NCBI GenBank assembly: GCA_963816185.1
Contig: CAWFJJ010000024.1
Span: 160,001 to 224,000 of the forward strand
DNA length: 64,000 nucleotides
Source: Thermoanaerobaculia bacterium
Lineage (GTDB): Bacteria; Acidobacteriota; Thermoanaerobaculia; UBA5066
Direction: 5' to 3'
Shown: one piece after another, positions 11,901-22,850 of the stretch
Layout of the letters: the number at the start of each line of letters is the position of its first letter
Position numbering within the stretch: the stretch's first letter is position 1
Notes under the pieces: model-generated
The model's database searches: none
Seen by the model: only the letters and a program-made list of their open reading frames with translations
What the model was told of the DNA's origin: nothing
Position numbers and translations under genes: made by a program

Positions 11901-12944
11901 GGCGGGACGGTGGATCTCGGGGGCTTCATCGCACTGACCGGCCTCAAGCCCACGTCCTTCCGGCTGAGCGCGCACGTCGGGCACGTCCGCGCGTCTCCGT
12001 TCGACGGATTCCGGGCAACGTTCTCCGGCGATCTCGTGCTTCTGGGCGACACGCTCCTCCGCACGGCGCGCGGGGACCTCTCCTTCGACCGGGCGGTCTA
12101 CAGCCGCGACTTCTCGCTGGACATCGCATCGCTCCTGGCGCGAAAGCGCGCCGCCGTCACGAGCGGGAACCCGACGGCGTTCGACGCCGTCGAGCTCGAC
12201 GTCCGCCTCGTCGCGCCGGCGTCCTCCATCGAGGTACGCAACAACGTGGCTCGCCTGAAGCTCTCGGGCGAGCTTTTCATGCGCGGAACATGGGGCCATC
12301 CGCTCCTGTTCGGCGAGATCACGGCCGAAGAGGGTGGCCGCCTCACGCTGCAGGGCCAGCGTTACGAGATCCTGTCGGCCAAGGTCCTCTTCTCGAACCC
12401 GCTGCGCATCGAGCCCTTCTTCGAGCTCGAGGCGCGGGGAACCGTGAGCCGGTACCAGATCTCGTTCGGCCTCACGGGCACGCCTTCGCGCCTCGTGCCG
12501 ACGTTCTCCTCGGACCCGCAGCTCTCCGAGGCGCAGATCGTCTCGCTGATGACCTCGGGCGACATTCCGCAGAGCGCCGTCGCGGGAGCGCCCGTCGGGG
12601 CGGTGCCGATCTCGTCCGACGAATCCGTGTCGAAGGCGGCGCGCGAGCTCCTCGCGAGCCTCGCGACCTCGGCGGTCACGAGCCGGACGAAGGAGTTCTT
12701 CCGGCTGGACCGGCTCCAGATCGACCCCACGATCACGGGTACGTCGTTCGACGCGCCGCGCGTCACGGTCGGCAAGAGCCTCGGCAAGAACTTCAACGGG
12801 ACGGTCTCTTTCGTGCTGTCGAGCAACCAGCAGCAGATCATCACCCTCGACTATCAGCTCACCCCCGCGGCCCTCGTTCAGGCCCGGCTCGACGAAAACG
12901 GGATCTACTCGCTCGAGCTGCGCATCCGGCAGCGGCTGCGATGA
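8961..12944 (+). CDS. tamB: TamB/AsmA-like translocation and assembly module protein (several frameshifts)
   Basis: N-terminal membrane anchor, long beta-taco-like repeats, C-terminal DUF490-like region (SDPQLSEAQIVSL, VTVGKSLG); next to an Omp85 gene. Confidence 0.8.
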
Positions 12945-15738
12945 GATCCTCCCGCGCCGTCCTTCTCGCCCTGGGAGCGCTCCTCGTCGCGGCGCGCGGG
13001 TCCGCCGAGACGTTCTACGGAACGGGGATCGCCTCCCTGTCCTTTCGCGGCGACGCGCCGGTCGACGAACACCGGCTCGCGGCTCTGACCGAGCTCACGC
13101 CCGGCCGCACCCTGACGGGCGAGGCCGTGCGAACGAGCCTTCGCAACCTCTTCGCGACGCGTCTCTTCTCCGACCTCGCCGTCGAGGCATCGCCGTCGCC
13201 CGCCGGCTCCATCGTGGTCGTCGTCTTCTCGGCGGCGCCGCGGATCGAGCGTCTCGCGCTCTCCCCCGGAGTCCCCGCCGCGGGCCGCATTCTCGACGCC
13301 ATCGGCCTCGGACCCGGCAATCCGTGGCAAAGCGATCTCAGGCCGAAGTACGAGGCGGAGATCCGCCGCGTCCTGCGCGAGGAGGGCTATTTCGGTCCGA
13401 AGATCGCCACGGCGGTCGAGGCTGGCGCCGACGAAACTTCCGTGGACGTCCGGTTCGACGTGGAGAAGGGGCCGCGCGCCATCGCGGGAGCTCCCCGCTT
13501 CTCGGCCCCGCTCGGCCCCCTCGACGAAGCGACTCTGCTCGCGAAAGCGAAATCGAAGAGGGGCAAACCCTATCGCGGCACCGCGGCCCGGGAGGACGCC
13601 GAGCGCTTCGCGGCCGCTTACCGGCGCGCCGGATACTCGCGGGCGGAGGTGCGCCTCGACGACGAGCCGTACGACGCGGCCTCGGCGACCGTCACGCCTC
13701 ACTACGCGCTCTTCGTCGGGCCGCGAGTCGTCCTGAAGGTCACGGGCGAGAGCGAGAAGGTGGTGCGCGCGCACCCGGACTCGCCCTGGACGCGGGGCGA
13801 GCCTTCGGACGAAGACTCGCTTCAGCTCCTGAAGGACGGGCTCCGCCGCACGTATCAGGAAAAGGGTTACGCGCGCGCGAAGGTGGACGTCACGTTCGAA
13901 ACGACGGCGGACGAGGAGCTCGTGGCGTTCACGATCGAGAAAGGGGAGCGATGGACGATCTCCTCCGTGAAGGTGACCGGCGCCGCCAGCCTGCCCCGAA
14001 GGACGTCTTCGGCGCGCTCCAGATGCGCCCGCGCGGCCTCCTCGACGCCGGACGATACGTGGATGGAGACGCGGCGGCGGACCGTGACGCCCTCGAGGCG
14101 CTCTATCGCGCGAACGGGTTCCGGTACGCGAGGGTCTTGCCTCCGGTCGCGACGGAGGGCGCCTCACGGGACACCCTCGACGTGACGTTCAAGGTCGAGG
14201 AAGGGCTCCGCACGATCGTCGCGACGCGGACCGTGGCGGGCATCAAGACGGTGCCCGAGGACGTGCTCCTTCCGCGGCTCGCCGTCAAGGCCGGCCTCCC
14301 GTATTCGGAGTCCACGGTCAGCGACGACGCGGCTCTCCTGCAGTCCCTCTACGTGGATCGGGGCTACGTGGACGCGAAGGTGGAATCGTCCGTGCGCTTT
14401 CTGGAGCCGGTGCCGCCGGAGGGAGAGCGCGCGGAGGTGACGTACACCGTGACCGAGGGTCAACCCGTGACCTTCGGCAAGACGATTCTGCGTGGCAACC
14501 GGCGCACGCAGCCCTTCATCGTGGAGGACCGCCTCGCGAACAAGGAAGGCTCGCCTTTCTCGCTCACGAAGCTCCTCGAGACGCAGCAGAACCTCGCGCG
14601 CCTCGGCATCTTCCAGAAGATCGAGGTCTCGACGTTCCCGACCGACCCGGAGACCATGTCGCGGGCGGTGGTCGTCACCGTCTCCGAAGCGCGTCCGTGG
14701 AGCATCACGTACGGGATCGGCGCGGAATACCAGCCGCAGTCGCCCGGCACCGACCTCTCGGCGCGCCTTTCGCTCGGCGTGTCGTACAACAATCTCTTCG
14801 GCCGCGCCCTCGAGGTGAGCGGGGAAGGGCGCATCTCGAACCGCGACCCGCGGATCATCCTGTCCGCGCGCGACCGGTCGCTGTTCGGCGGCCTCGTTCC
14901 GGTCTCCGTGGCCGCGTACCGGACGAACGACTTCTTCTCGGACATCCTCGTGAAGCGAACGGGAGCCTTCCTTCAGGTGGAGTATCGCCCCTCGACCTCG
15001 CTGCGCACGGGCCTGCGCTACCAGTACGAGCTCGTCGATCCGAGCTCCGACCCCGGACTCGGCGCGGACCAGCGCGCGAACCAGCCGAGCCGCATCAGCT
15101 CGATCGCGGGCGGCGTGACCTGGGACCGGCGCGACGACCCACTGAACCCGCGCTCGGGCACGTTCCTCGCCGCGGACGTCAAGTACGCCTTTCCCTTCCT
15201 CGCGGCGGACGCGGACTTCGTCAAGACCCTGCTCCAGGCCGCGCTCTATCGCCCGTACGGGACGACACGGCTCGTCTTCTCGGTTCGCGGCGGCATCATC
15301 TGGAACCACCAGGCGTGCCCTCCGGAGCTGCAGGCGGCCGGGACGTGCTCTCCGAATCTGATCGTGCCCGTCCCGGAGCGGCTGTTCGCGGGCGGTTCGT
15401 CCACCCATCGCGCCTTTTCGCGCGACAATCTCGGCATCCCGGGGGAGACCCTGAACGCCGACGGCGTGGGCGAGGGCGGCACGGCGGAGCTCGTCGCGAA
15501 TGCCGAGTGGCGCATCCCGGTCGCGAGCGGATTCGAGGCGGCTCTCTTCTTCGACATCGGCAAGGTCTGGGCCGATCCGAGCAACGTGACCTTGAGTCAG
15601 CTCCGGTCCGGAGCCGGGCTCGGCCTCCACTATCAGACGCCGGTCGGTCCGATCCGACTCGAGTACGGCCTGAAGCTCGACCGCAAGCCGGGCGAGGACG
15701 CCGGGGCCTTCGCGTTCTCGGTCGGCTATCCCTTCTGA
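12941..15738 (+). CDS. Omp85 family (TamA/BamA-like) outer-membrane protein with multiple POTRA domains, frameshift near 13997
   Basis: Signal peptide, POTRA motifs (YRRAGY, YQEKGY, YVDRGY, GNRRT), ERLFAGGSSTHRAF, TPVGPIRLEYG, terminal FSVGYPF. Confidence 0.88.
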
Positions 15739-15748
15739 GGCCCGGGCT

Positions 15749-15754
15749 TAGAAT
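15749..15754 (+). promoter_or_regulatory. Candidate -10 hexamer TAGAAT for a leaderless transcript
   Basis: TAGAAT lies 5 nt before ATG 15760, with no Shine-Dalgarno sequence. Confidence 0.5.
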
Positions 15755-15759
15755 GGTTC

Positions 15760-17239
15760 ATGCCCCGCTTCACGGTTCTCGAGACTTCGGCCCTCTTCTC
15801 GAACCGGGTCAAGTACGACTACCTGTTCGAGATGGAGATGTGGCTGAAAGGCCTCGAGCGGTTCTTCCAGATCGACTGCCTGCCGCTCTCGGCCTTCGAG
15901 CGTTCGCACGCGTCGCTCAAGAACTACGTGGAGGAGGTGGGCGCCGTGCGCGCCGGCGTGGCCTACATGGCGATGCTCACGACGCAGCTCCTCGGGGAGG
16001 GCAAGGAAGACCTCGCGTCGTTCCTCGTGTACCTGGACAGCCAGGTCGCGCGGACGGGCAGCGGCGAGATGCCTGCGCGCCGCCGCGGAGAACGCCGAGA
16101 CGGAGCTCGCGCTCGTCGTCGAGAAGCTCGAGGATTTCGCGAAGATCCTCGACGAGCTCTCGCGCGCGCCGTTCGTCGCGCTCCAGACGTATCTGTCGCT
16201 CGGCCGGATCGTGGTCGGCACGCTCCGGCAGGACCCGAATCTCGGCGTCCTCTTCCGCGAGAACCTGCGGCCGGTCCTCGACAAGGAGTCGAAGCAGTCG
16301 CTCGGCCGGGTGCTCGAGAGCCTGCCCGACCCTTCGCACCGGGGGGCGCTCGCGGCGCTCTTCGTCGCGCTCTTCAAGGGGTTGCGCTACGCGGACCGGG
16401 CTCGCACCGCCGCCGAGTCGCCCGCCACGCGCACCCGCGCGCTTCTCGTCTTCAGCCTCCTCAAGGGAGAGAGCGAGTCCATCGCCTCGTTCATCTCGAA
16501 GCGCCTCGCGCCGCGCTTCCCGGAGGGGTCGCCCCAGGCCGCCGGGCTGCGGCGCATCGTGACCGCGTTCGAGGCGGAGGTGAAGAAGGTCATGGACGTC
16601 GAGCTCGTCGACGTCGTGCTCATGAAGGATCCGGCTCTCGTCCTCACGCGCCTCGAGGATGCGGCCGCCCTCGTGCGCGACCTTTACCAGCAGAGCGTCA
16701 TCTCGCTCGCCGAGACCTTCTCGTCCGGGCTCGACGAGCGCACGCTCTTCCCCGAGTACCGGACGCGGCTCGACCAGAGCCTCGTTCTGAGGGACGAGCT
16801 CTCTCAGCTCGTGAAGGCGACCCATGATTTCGTGAAGACGCCCGACAAGAAATCGCTGCGGACTCTCGTGGCCGAGCTCGAGTCCTTCCGCCGGAGCGGG
16901 ATGCGCCACCTCATGTTCAAGGACTGGTCCTTGTTCGAGCGTTTCCTCGCCGGCTTCTCTCGCGAGCGGCCTCCGAGGTCCTTCCTGCCGGCCGCGCACC
17001 AGTTCGAGGGCTTTCTGAAGACTCTCGTCAAGGAGATCGGCAAAAGGTCCGTCCTCGCGAATCATCCCTTCAAGGGATTCCGCCTCGAGCGGCGGCTCGC
17101 CGGCTGGCGGGCCGGGCGCCTCCCGGTACAATTGACGGCTGGCGGCCGCCGCGCCGTCCCGATTCCGAAAGGAAGAAGAACGTGGGATTCGTTTCCGTCA
17201 CGCAGGCAGCGGCTGCCTACAAGCAGGGCCGCTTCGTGA
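15760..17239 (+). CDS. Hypothetical, largely alpha-helical protein (frameshift near 16085; true stop may be near 17100-17135)
   Basis: Genome-typical codon usage continues from the 15760 frame into the 16211 frame; no recognisable motif. Confidence 0.7.
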
Positions 17240-18385
17240 TCATCGTCGACGACGAGGATCGCGAGAACGAGGGCGACCTCTGCCTCGCGGCCGAGTACGT
17301 CACGCCGGCCGCGATCAACTTCATGGCCCGCGAGGGCCGCGGGCTCGTCTGCGTCTCGCTTGACGGAGGAGCGCTGCGACGAGCTGGATCTGCACCCGAT
17401 GGTCGAGCAGAACACGTCCAATTACGGGACGGCCTTCACCGTGTCCGTCGAGGCGCGCGGCAAGACCACGACCGGCATCTCGGCGGCCGACCGCGCGGTG
17501 ACGGTGAAGACGCTCATCGACCCGAAGACGAAGCCGCAAGACCTGCTGCGGCCCGGCCACACGTTCCCGCTGAGGGCGAGGAAGGGCGGCGTCCTCAAGC
17601 GGGCGGGCCAGACGGAGGCGTCCGTCGACCTCGCGCGCATCGCCGGCCTCATGCCCGCCGCCGTCATCTGCGAGATCATGAACGAGGACGGGACGATGGC
17701 CCGCGTGCCGGATCTCCTCGTCTTCTCGGAGAAGCACGGCGTCCCGATCGTCTCGGTGGCCGACATCATCCGCCACAGGATGCGCACGGAGCGCCTCGTG
17801 CAGCGCATCGCGTCCCCCACGCTGCCGACGCGCCACGGCTCGTTCCGCGTCGTCGCCTATCGGTCCGACGTCACGCACGAGGAGCACGTGGCGCTCGTGG
17901 CGGGAGAGTGGAGCGAGGACGAGCCCGTCCTCGTCCGCGTGCACTCCTCCTGCCTCACCGGCGACGTCTTCGGCTCGGAGCGCTGCGACTGCGGGGCGCA
18001 GCTCGAGCGCGCGATGGAGCTGATCGCGCGGGAGGGAAAGGGCGTGCTCCTCTATCTCCTTCAGGAGGGCCGCGGCATCGGCCTCGTGAACAAGCTGCGC
18101 GCCTACGAGCTGCAGGAGCAGGGCCTCGACACCGTCGCCGCGAACGAGAAGCTCGGCTTCGCGCCCGACGTCCGTGACTACGGCATCGGCTGCCAGATCC
18201 TGCGGGACCTCGGCGTGCGGAAGATCCGCCTCCTCACGAACAACCCGTCCAAGTACGTCGCGATCGACGGCTACGGCCTCGAGATCGTCGAGCGCGTCCC
18301 GCTCGAGATCCCTCCCACGGACGGCACGCGCGACTACCTGACCACGAAAAAAGCGAAGATGGGTCATATATTGAAATTGGTATGA
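17182..18385 (+). CDS. ribBA: Bifunctional DHBP synthase / GTP cyclohydrolase II (frameshift near 17360)
   Basis: [64 protein letters not shown]. Confidence 0.95.
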
Positions 18386-18465
18386 GCAGCTTCGGCCCGG
18401 GGGTCCGGGGGCGCCCGAAGGCAAGCCCCCGGAGAGCGATGGGGCACATCCTGAAGCTGGTCTAG
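18359..18465 (+). repeat. Synonymously recoded direct duplication of the ribBA 3' end (MGHILKLV*) at 18359-18385 and 18439-18465
   Basis: ATGGGTCATATATTGAAATTGGTATGA versus ATGGGGCACATCCTGAAGCTGGTCTAG. Confidence 0.9.
18399..18432 (+). repeat. G-tract hairpin (REP-like) repeat, copy 1
   Basis: GGGGGTCCGGGGGCGCCCGAAGGCAAGCCCCCGG, similar to 38715-38748. Confidence 0.7.
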
Positions 18466-18521
18466 AGGCGCAGGGGGAGGGGTCCGGGGATCTTAGAAGG
18501 AAGGGCCTGTGCGAGCGGCCG

Positions 18522-19261
18522 TCAGCGGCGATATCGCTCCGCAAGCTGCTCGGGCGATTCGCCCCGCCTCGCCTTCCAGAGGATCTTCCAGTTCCCGAGC
18601 ACGGTCTCGTGCGACGCCGCGCTCGAGGTAACGGCGTGGGGAGGTTTCCACCGCGTCCCGGAGAATCTCGATGCGCCCTTCTTTCTTGAGCCTCCTCGCG
18701 AAATCCCAGTCGTCGAGGAGCGGCCAGGGCGGATGGCCGCCGAGCTTCTCGTAGACGTCGCGCCTGACGAACGGAGCCTGGTCGCCGTACGGAACGCGCG
18801 TGAACGCCGTGCGGGCATTCGCCCAGAAGGCGACCCAGCGCATGCGCGCGCCGCCGCCGGAGAAAGACAGCCGGAACGCGCCGCCGACGGCCCGCGAGGC
18901 GATCGCGCGGCGGATCGCCTGCTCCCAGCCGGCGGGCAGCAGCGTGTCGGCGTGAAGAAAGAGGAAGATGTCTGCTGAAGAGGAAGAAGAAGAGGAAGAA
19001 GACGATTCTTTGAAGGTGAAGAGGGCCGCCTCGCGCAGGCGCTGTCCGCGCGCCGCGTGCGACAGGTGGATACGAGCCCCTGCACGCGCGAAGGCCTCAC
19101 ACACATTCGAAGAAATCTCCGAATCTGCCGCGACGACGAGCGAAACGGGTCCCGCCGCCTGCCAGAACCCTCTCGAAGAAAATCCCCGGTGGGGGACCTT
19201 CGCCGGCCGCCACGGGGACGATGACCGCGATGCGATCCGAAGCCGGCGACGGCGGTACCAT
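18522..19261 (-). CDS. Family 2 glycosyltransferase (TIGR04283-like), frameshifted
   Basis: IAVIVPV, FLFLHADTLLP, PYGDQAPFVRRDVYEKLGG, DDWDFARRL, TSPRRY; start uncertain. Confidence 0.82.
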
Positions 19262-19270
19262 CCCGCCACG

Positions 19271-20020
19271 ATGCCATACGGGTTCGTCCTCGTGGGCGGT
19301 CGCTCGGAGCGGATGGGCCGCGACAAGACGCGCCTGCCCTACCGGGGAGTCCCGATGGCGCTCCATCAGGCCGAGAAGCTCGCGGTCGTGTGCGGGCGCG
19401 TCGCCCTCGTCGGGAAGGACCCCAAGGCGTTCGGCGACTCCCGCTTTCCCTACGTGACCGACGGTGCGCCCGAGGCGGCCGCGGCGTTCGGCGTCGCCGC
19501 GGCTCTCGCGTTCTCGCCGGAGGAGACGAATCTCGTCCTCGCGGCGGACGTGCCGCGCTGCCCCGAGTCGTTTCTCGCGGCTCTCCTGGACGTCGCCGAA
19601 GCGATTCACGCGCCCGCCGTGGTGCCGGTCTCGGGCGGGCGGGCGCAGCCGCTCTGCGCCGTGTGGCGGCGGTCCGCGCTCGGGCCGCTCCGCTCGCGGC
19701 TCGAGGCCGGCGATTACTCTCTCATCGCGGCGCTCCATGCTTTTCACGCCGTGCTCATCCCCGAGGAGGTCACGGCCGCGATGGCCGGAGGCGCTCCGGC
19801 GAATTTCTTCAACGTCAACACCCCGGAGGAATATGAAGAGCTCGAAAGGGAAGCCCCGGCGGAAGGCCGCGACCGGCGCGGCCGCTCAGCCACCTCGACG
19901 CTGAGGGCCGGGCCCGCATGGTCGACGTGTCGCTCAAGCGGCCGACCCTCCGCACGGCCCGCGCCCGCGCTCTCGTGTCGCTCGGCGGGGCCGCCTTTCT
20001 CGCGCTCGACGCCGCCGTGA
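19271..20020 (+). CDS. mobA: Molybdenum cofactor guanylyltransferase (homology ends near 19850; run-on due to an indel)
   Basis: GFVLVGGRSERMGRDK, LVLAADVP, QPLCAVW, FFNVNTPEEY. Confidence 0.88.
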   Translation: MPYGFVLVGGRSERMGRDKTRLPYRGVPMALHQAEKLAVVCGRVALVGKDPKAFGDSRFPYVTDGAPEAAAAFGVAAALAFSPEETNLVLAADVPRCPESFLAALLDVAEAIHAPAVVPVSGGRAQPLCAVWRRSALGPLRSRLEAGDYSLIAALHAFHAVLIPEEVTAAMAGGAPANFFNVNTPEEYEELEREAPAEGRDRRGRSATSTLRAGPAWSTCRSSGRPSARPAPALSCRSAGPPFSRSTPP

Positions 20021-20361
20021 ACCGCAAGGGCGACGCCCTCGCCGTCGCGCGTCTCGCGGGGATCCAGGCGGCCAAGCGCACGGCCGAGTGGATCCCGCTC
20101 TGTCATCCGCTCGCGTTCGACTCCGTCGACGTGAGTCTCGAGCCGCGCCATCAGGAGTCCGTGGTCGAGATCACGACCGAGGTCAAGGGGACCGGCAAGA
20201 CCGGATACGAGATGGAGGCGCTCGTCGCCGCATCCGCGGCCGCGCTCGCTCTTTACGACATGTGCAAGGCGGCCGACAAGGGCATCGAGATCCGCGAGAT
20301 CGCCCTCCTCGAGAAGACGGGCGGCAAGAGCGGGCGGTGGCGCCGCGGGCCGGCAGGCTGA
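19918..20361 (+). CDS. moaC: Cyclic pyranopterin monophosphate synthase (frame extends upstream to LSHLD near 19885)
   Basis: LSHLDAEGRARMVDVS, KGDALAVARLAGIQAAKRT, IPLCHP, TGYEMEAL, YDMCKA, KTGGKSG. Confidence 0.93.
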   Translation: MVDVSLKRPTLRTARARALVSLGGAAFLALDAAVNRKGDALAVARLAGIQAAKRTAEWIPLCHPLAFDSVDVSLEPRHQESVVEITTEVKGTGKTGYEMEALVAASAAALALYDMCKAADKGIEIREIALLEKTGGKSGRWRRGPAG

Positions 20362-20389
20362 GTTAGACTCGTTCTCAGGAGGCGGCGAC

Positions 20390-21403
20390 ATGGATCAGGC
20401 GCTCATCGACGGGCACGGACGCCGCATCACCTACGTGCGGATCTCCGTCACGGACCGCTGCAACCTCCGCTGCATCTACTGCATGCCGGAGGACCAGAAG
20501 TTCCGGCCGCTGCCGCACCTCCTCTCGCGCCAGGAGATCCGCCGCGCGGCGCGCCTCCTCGCGGATTTCGGGGTCGAGAAGGTCCGCATCACGGGCGGCG
20601 AGCCGACGACGCGCCCCGATCTCGTGGACATCGTGGGCGACCTCGCCGCGATCGGCTTCCCGGGCGGGATCGCCCTTTCGACGAACGGCGTCCTCTTCCC
20701 GCGGATGGCGCACGACCTCCTCGCGGCGGGCCTCACGAAAGTGAACGTCTCGCTGGACGCCGCCGAGGCCGAGCACTTCCGCAAGCTGACGCGGCGGGAC
20801 CATTTCAAGCCGGTCGTCGAGTCGATCGCCCTCGCCCTCTCGCTGCCCTTCGAATCCGTGAAGATCAACGCGGTGGTCATCCGCGGCCTCAACGACGACC
20901 AGATCCTCCCGCTCGCCGCGATGACGAAGGACAAGAAGCTCGGCGTGCGCTTCATCGAATTCATGCCGTTCGGCGACAACGACTGGAAGGAATCGGACTG
21001 GGTGGGGTGGGAAGAGGTGTGGGACCGCCTCGCCTCCGCCGGCTACGTCCTTTCGCCGATCGTCAAGACGCTCGTGGCCGGGCCCGCCGACGAGTATTCC
21101 GTCACCTCGCCCGCGGGCGTCCACACGGGCTCGATCGGCTTCATCACGCCCGTCTCGGATCGCTTCTGCGACACCTGCAATCGCATGCGGCTCACGCAGG
21201 ACGGGTTCCTGAAGGGGTGTCTCTTCGGGCACGCGGACGTGGACCTTCTGAAGCCGATGCGCGCGGGCGCGAGCGACGAGGAGCTTCGCGCCCTCGTGAC
21301 GAGGGCGGCCGCGATCAAGGAAGAGCGCCACCCCATGTTCGTCGGCATGAGCAAGTCGGCGCTGCCCCTGCACGCCCGGAACATGAGCGAGATCGGCGGC
21401 TGA
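20390..21403 (+). CDS. moaA: GTP 3',8-cyclase (radical SAM)
   Basis: RISVTDRCNLRCIYCMP, TGGEP, RFIEFMP, FCDTCNRMRLT..GCLF, terminal IGG. Confidence 0.96.
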   Translation: MDQALIDGHGRRITYVRISVTDRCNLRCIYCMPEDQKFRPLPHLLSRQEIRRAARLLADFGVEKVRITGGEPTTRPDLVDIVGDLAAIGFPGGIALSTNGVLFPRMAHDLLAAGLTKVNVSLDAAEAEHFRKLTRRDHFKPVVESIALALSLPFESVKINAVVIRGLNDDQILPLAAMTKDKKLGVRFIEFMPFGDNDWKESDWVGWEEVWDRLASAGYVLSPIVKTLVAGPADEYSVTSPAGVHTGSIGFITPVSDRFCDTCNRMRLTQDGFLKGCLFGHADVDLLKPMRAGASDEELRALVTRAAAIKEERHPMFVGMSKSALPLHARNMSEIGG

Positions 21404-21410
21404 TGGCGCC

Positions 21411-21917
21411 GTGCGCGTCGCGATCCTGACGATCTCGGACCGGTCGTACGACGGCGAGCGCGCCGACAAGAGCGGGCCCGCCGTGGCCGAAGGGGTGCAG
21501 CGCCTGCTCACGGGCGCCGTCATCGTGGAGCAGACGATCCTGCCCGACGAGCGCGAGGACATCGCCTGGAATCTCAAGCGCCTCGCGGACACGGGCGCCG
21601 CCGATCTCGTGCTCACGACGGGCGGCACGGGCCTCTCGGCGCGGGACGTCACACCGCAAGCGACGCGCGACATCTTCGATTACGAGGTGCCCGGCCTCGC
21701 GGAAGTCATGCGGGAGGCGACCCGCACGGCCGTACCCACAGCGATCCTGTCGCGGCAGGTCGCGGCCGTGTGCGGGCGGACGCTCATCGTGAACCTTCCG
21801 GGCTCGCCCCGCGGCGCGGTCGAGTGCCTGGAAGCCGTGGCCTCCGTGCTTCCCCACGCCGTGGCGACGCTTCGCGGCGAGGCGGGCGACGCGCATCCCG
21901 GGTCTGCGCGAAGCTGA
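21411..21917 (+). CDS. mog: Molybdopterin adenylyltransferase (MogA/MoaB family)
   Basis: ILTISD, DKSGP, TTGGTGLSARDVTP, AILSR, IVNLPGSP. Confidence 0.9.
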   Translation: MRVAILTISDRSYDGERADKSGPAVAEGVQRLLTGAVIVEQTILPDEREDIAWNLKRLADTGAADLVLTTGGTGLSARDVTPQATRDIFDYEVPGLAEVMREATRTAVPTAILSRQVAAVCGRTLIVNLPGSPRGAVECLEAVASVLPHAVATLRGEAGDAHPGSARS

Positions 21918-21950
21918 CCTCGGCAGGCCGGCCGCTACAATTCATTCCAC

Positions 21951-22850
21951 GTGACCCGGAGGTCCCTGCTCGCTTCGCTTCTTGCGCTTGTCGCGCCGTT
22001 TCGGGCCCTGGCTTCGGCCGCGCGCACGCGGAAGATCCTTCGCCTGAAGACCCATGTGGTCGAAGAAGTCGACCTCGAGGCTTACGTCGCGGCCGTAGTG
22101 CCTCCGGAGATCGGCCGCGCGCCCGCGGCCGCGCTCGAAGCGCAGGCCGTCGCAGCGCGCTCGTACGCCCTCGCGCGGGGAGAGCGCCATCTCGAGGACG
22201 GCGCGGATTTGTGCGACGGAACGCACTGCCAGGTGTTCCACGGGCTCGCCGCCGCTACGGAGGACTCGCGGCGGGCCGCGGCCGCGACCGCAAGGTCTCG
22301 TCCTGACGCAGAAGGGGCGCGTCATCGCGGCTCCTTTTCACGCCGTGTGCGGGGGCCGGACCGCGCGCCCAAGAGATGTCTGGGACGACGAGGACGTCCC
22401 CGAACTCGAGTCCGTCGAGGACGACGCCTGCCTCGGGGCTCCGGGCGCGACCTGGTCGTTCACGATTCGGAGGGCCGCGCTTTCCACGCTCTCTCGGTTT
22501 CGCTCGGGTTCGGGGACGCCCGCTTTCTCGAGGTGTACGGCCAGGACCCGAGCGGACGCGTCTCGATGGTGCGCTTCGCCGCCCGGGGCGGAGCTTCGCG
22601 CGTGGTGCGCGGCTTCGAGTTCCGGAGGGCGGCGTCGGAGCTGTGGGGCTGGGACTCGGTGCGCTCGACGGCGTTCACGCTCGGGGAGACCCGGCCCGCG
22701 TACGTCCTCTCGGGGCGCGGCACGGGGCACGGCGCCGGGATGTGCCAGGCCGGTGCGATCGCGCGAGCGAAGCGAGGCGAAAGTCGGGACGCGATCCTCG
22801 CCCTCTACTACCGGGGAGCCGAGCTGGTCCGGCTAGACTCCGTCGGGTGA
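21951..22850 (+). CDS. SpoIID/LytB-domain lytic transglycosylase with a Tat-like signal (compensating frameshifts ~22295-22500)
   Basis: LEAYVAAVVPPE, ALEAQAVAARSY, DLCDGTHCQVF, FHAVCGGRT, GRGTGHGAGMCQAGA, ILALYY. Confidence 0.85.
   Translation: MTRRSLLASLLALVAPFRALASAARTRKILRLKTHVVEEVDLEAYVAAVVPPEIGRAPAAALEAQAVAARSYALARGERHLEDGADLCDGTHCQVFHGLAAATEDSRRAAAATARSRPDAEGARHRGSFSRRVRGPDRAPKRCLGRRGRPRTRVRRGRRLPRGSGRDLVVHDSEGRAFHALSVSLGFGDARFLEVYGQDPSGRVSMVRFAARGGASRVVRGFEFRRAASELWGWDSVRSTAFTLGETRPAYVLSGRGTGHGAGMCQAGAIARAKRGESRDAILALYYRGAELVRLDSVG

Noticed and set aside
18359-18465. Diversity-generating retroelement TR/VR pair
   Set aside because: Only 27 bp, all differences silent and not confined to template adenines; no reverse transcriptase in the window.
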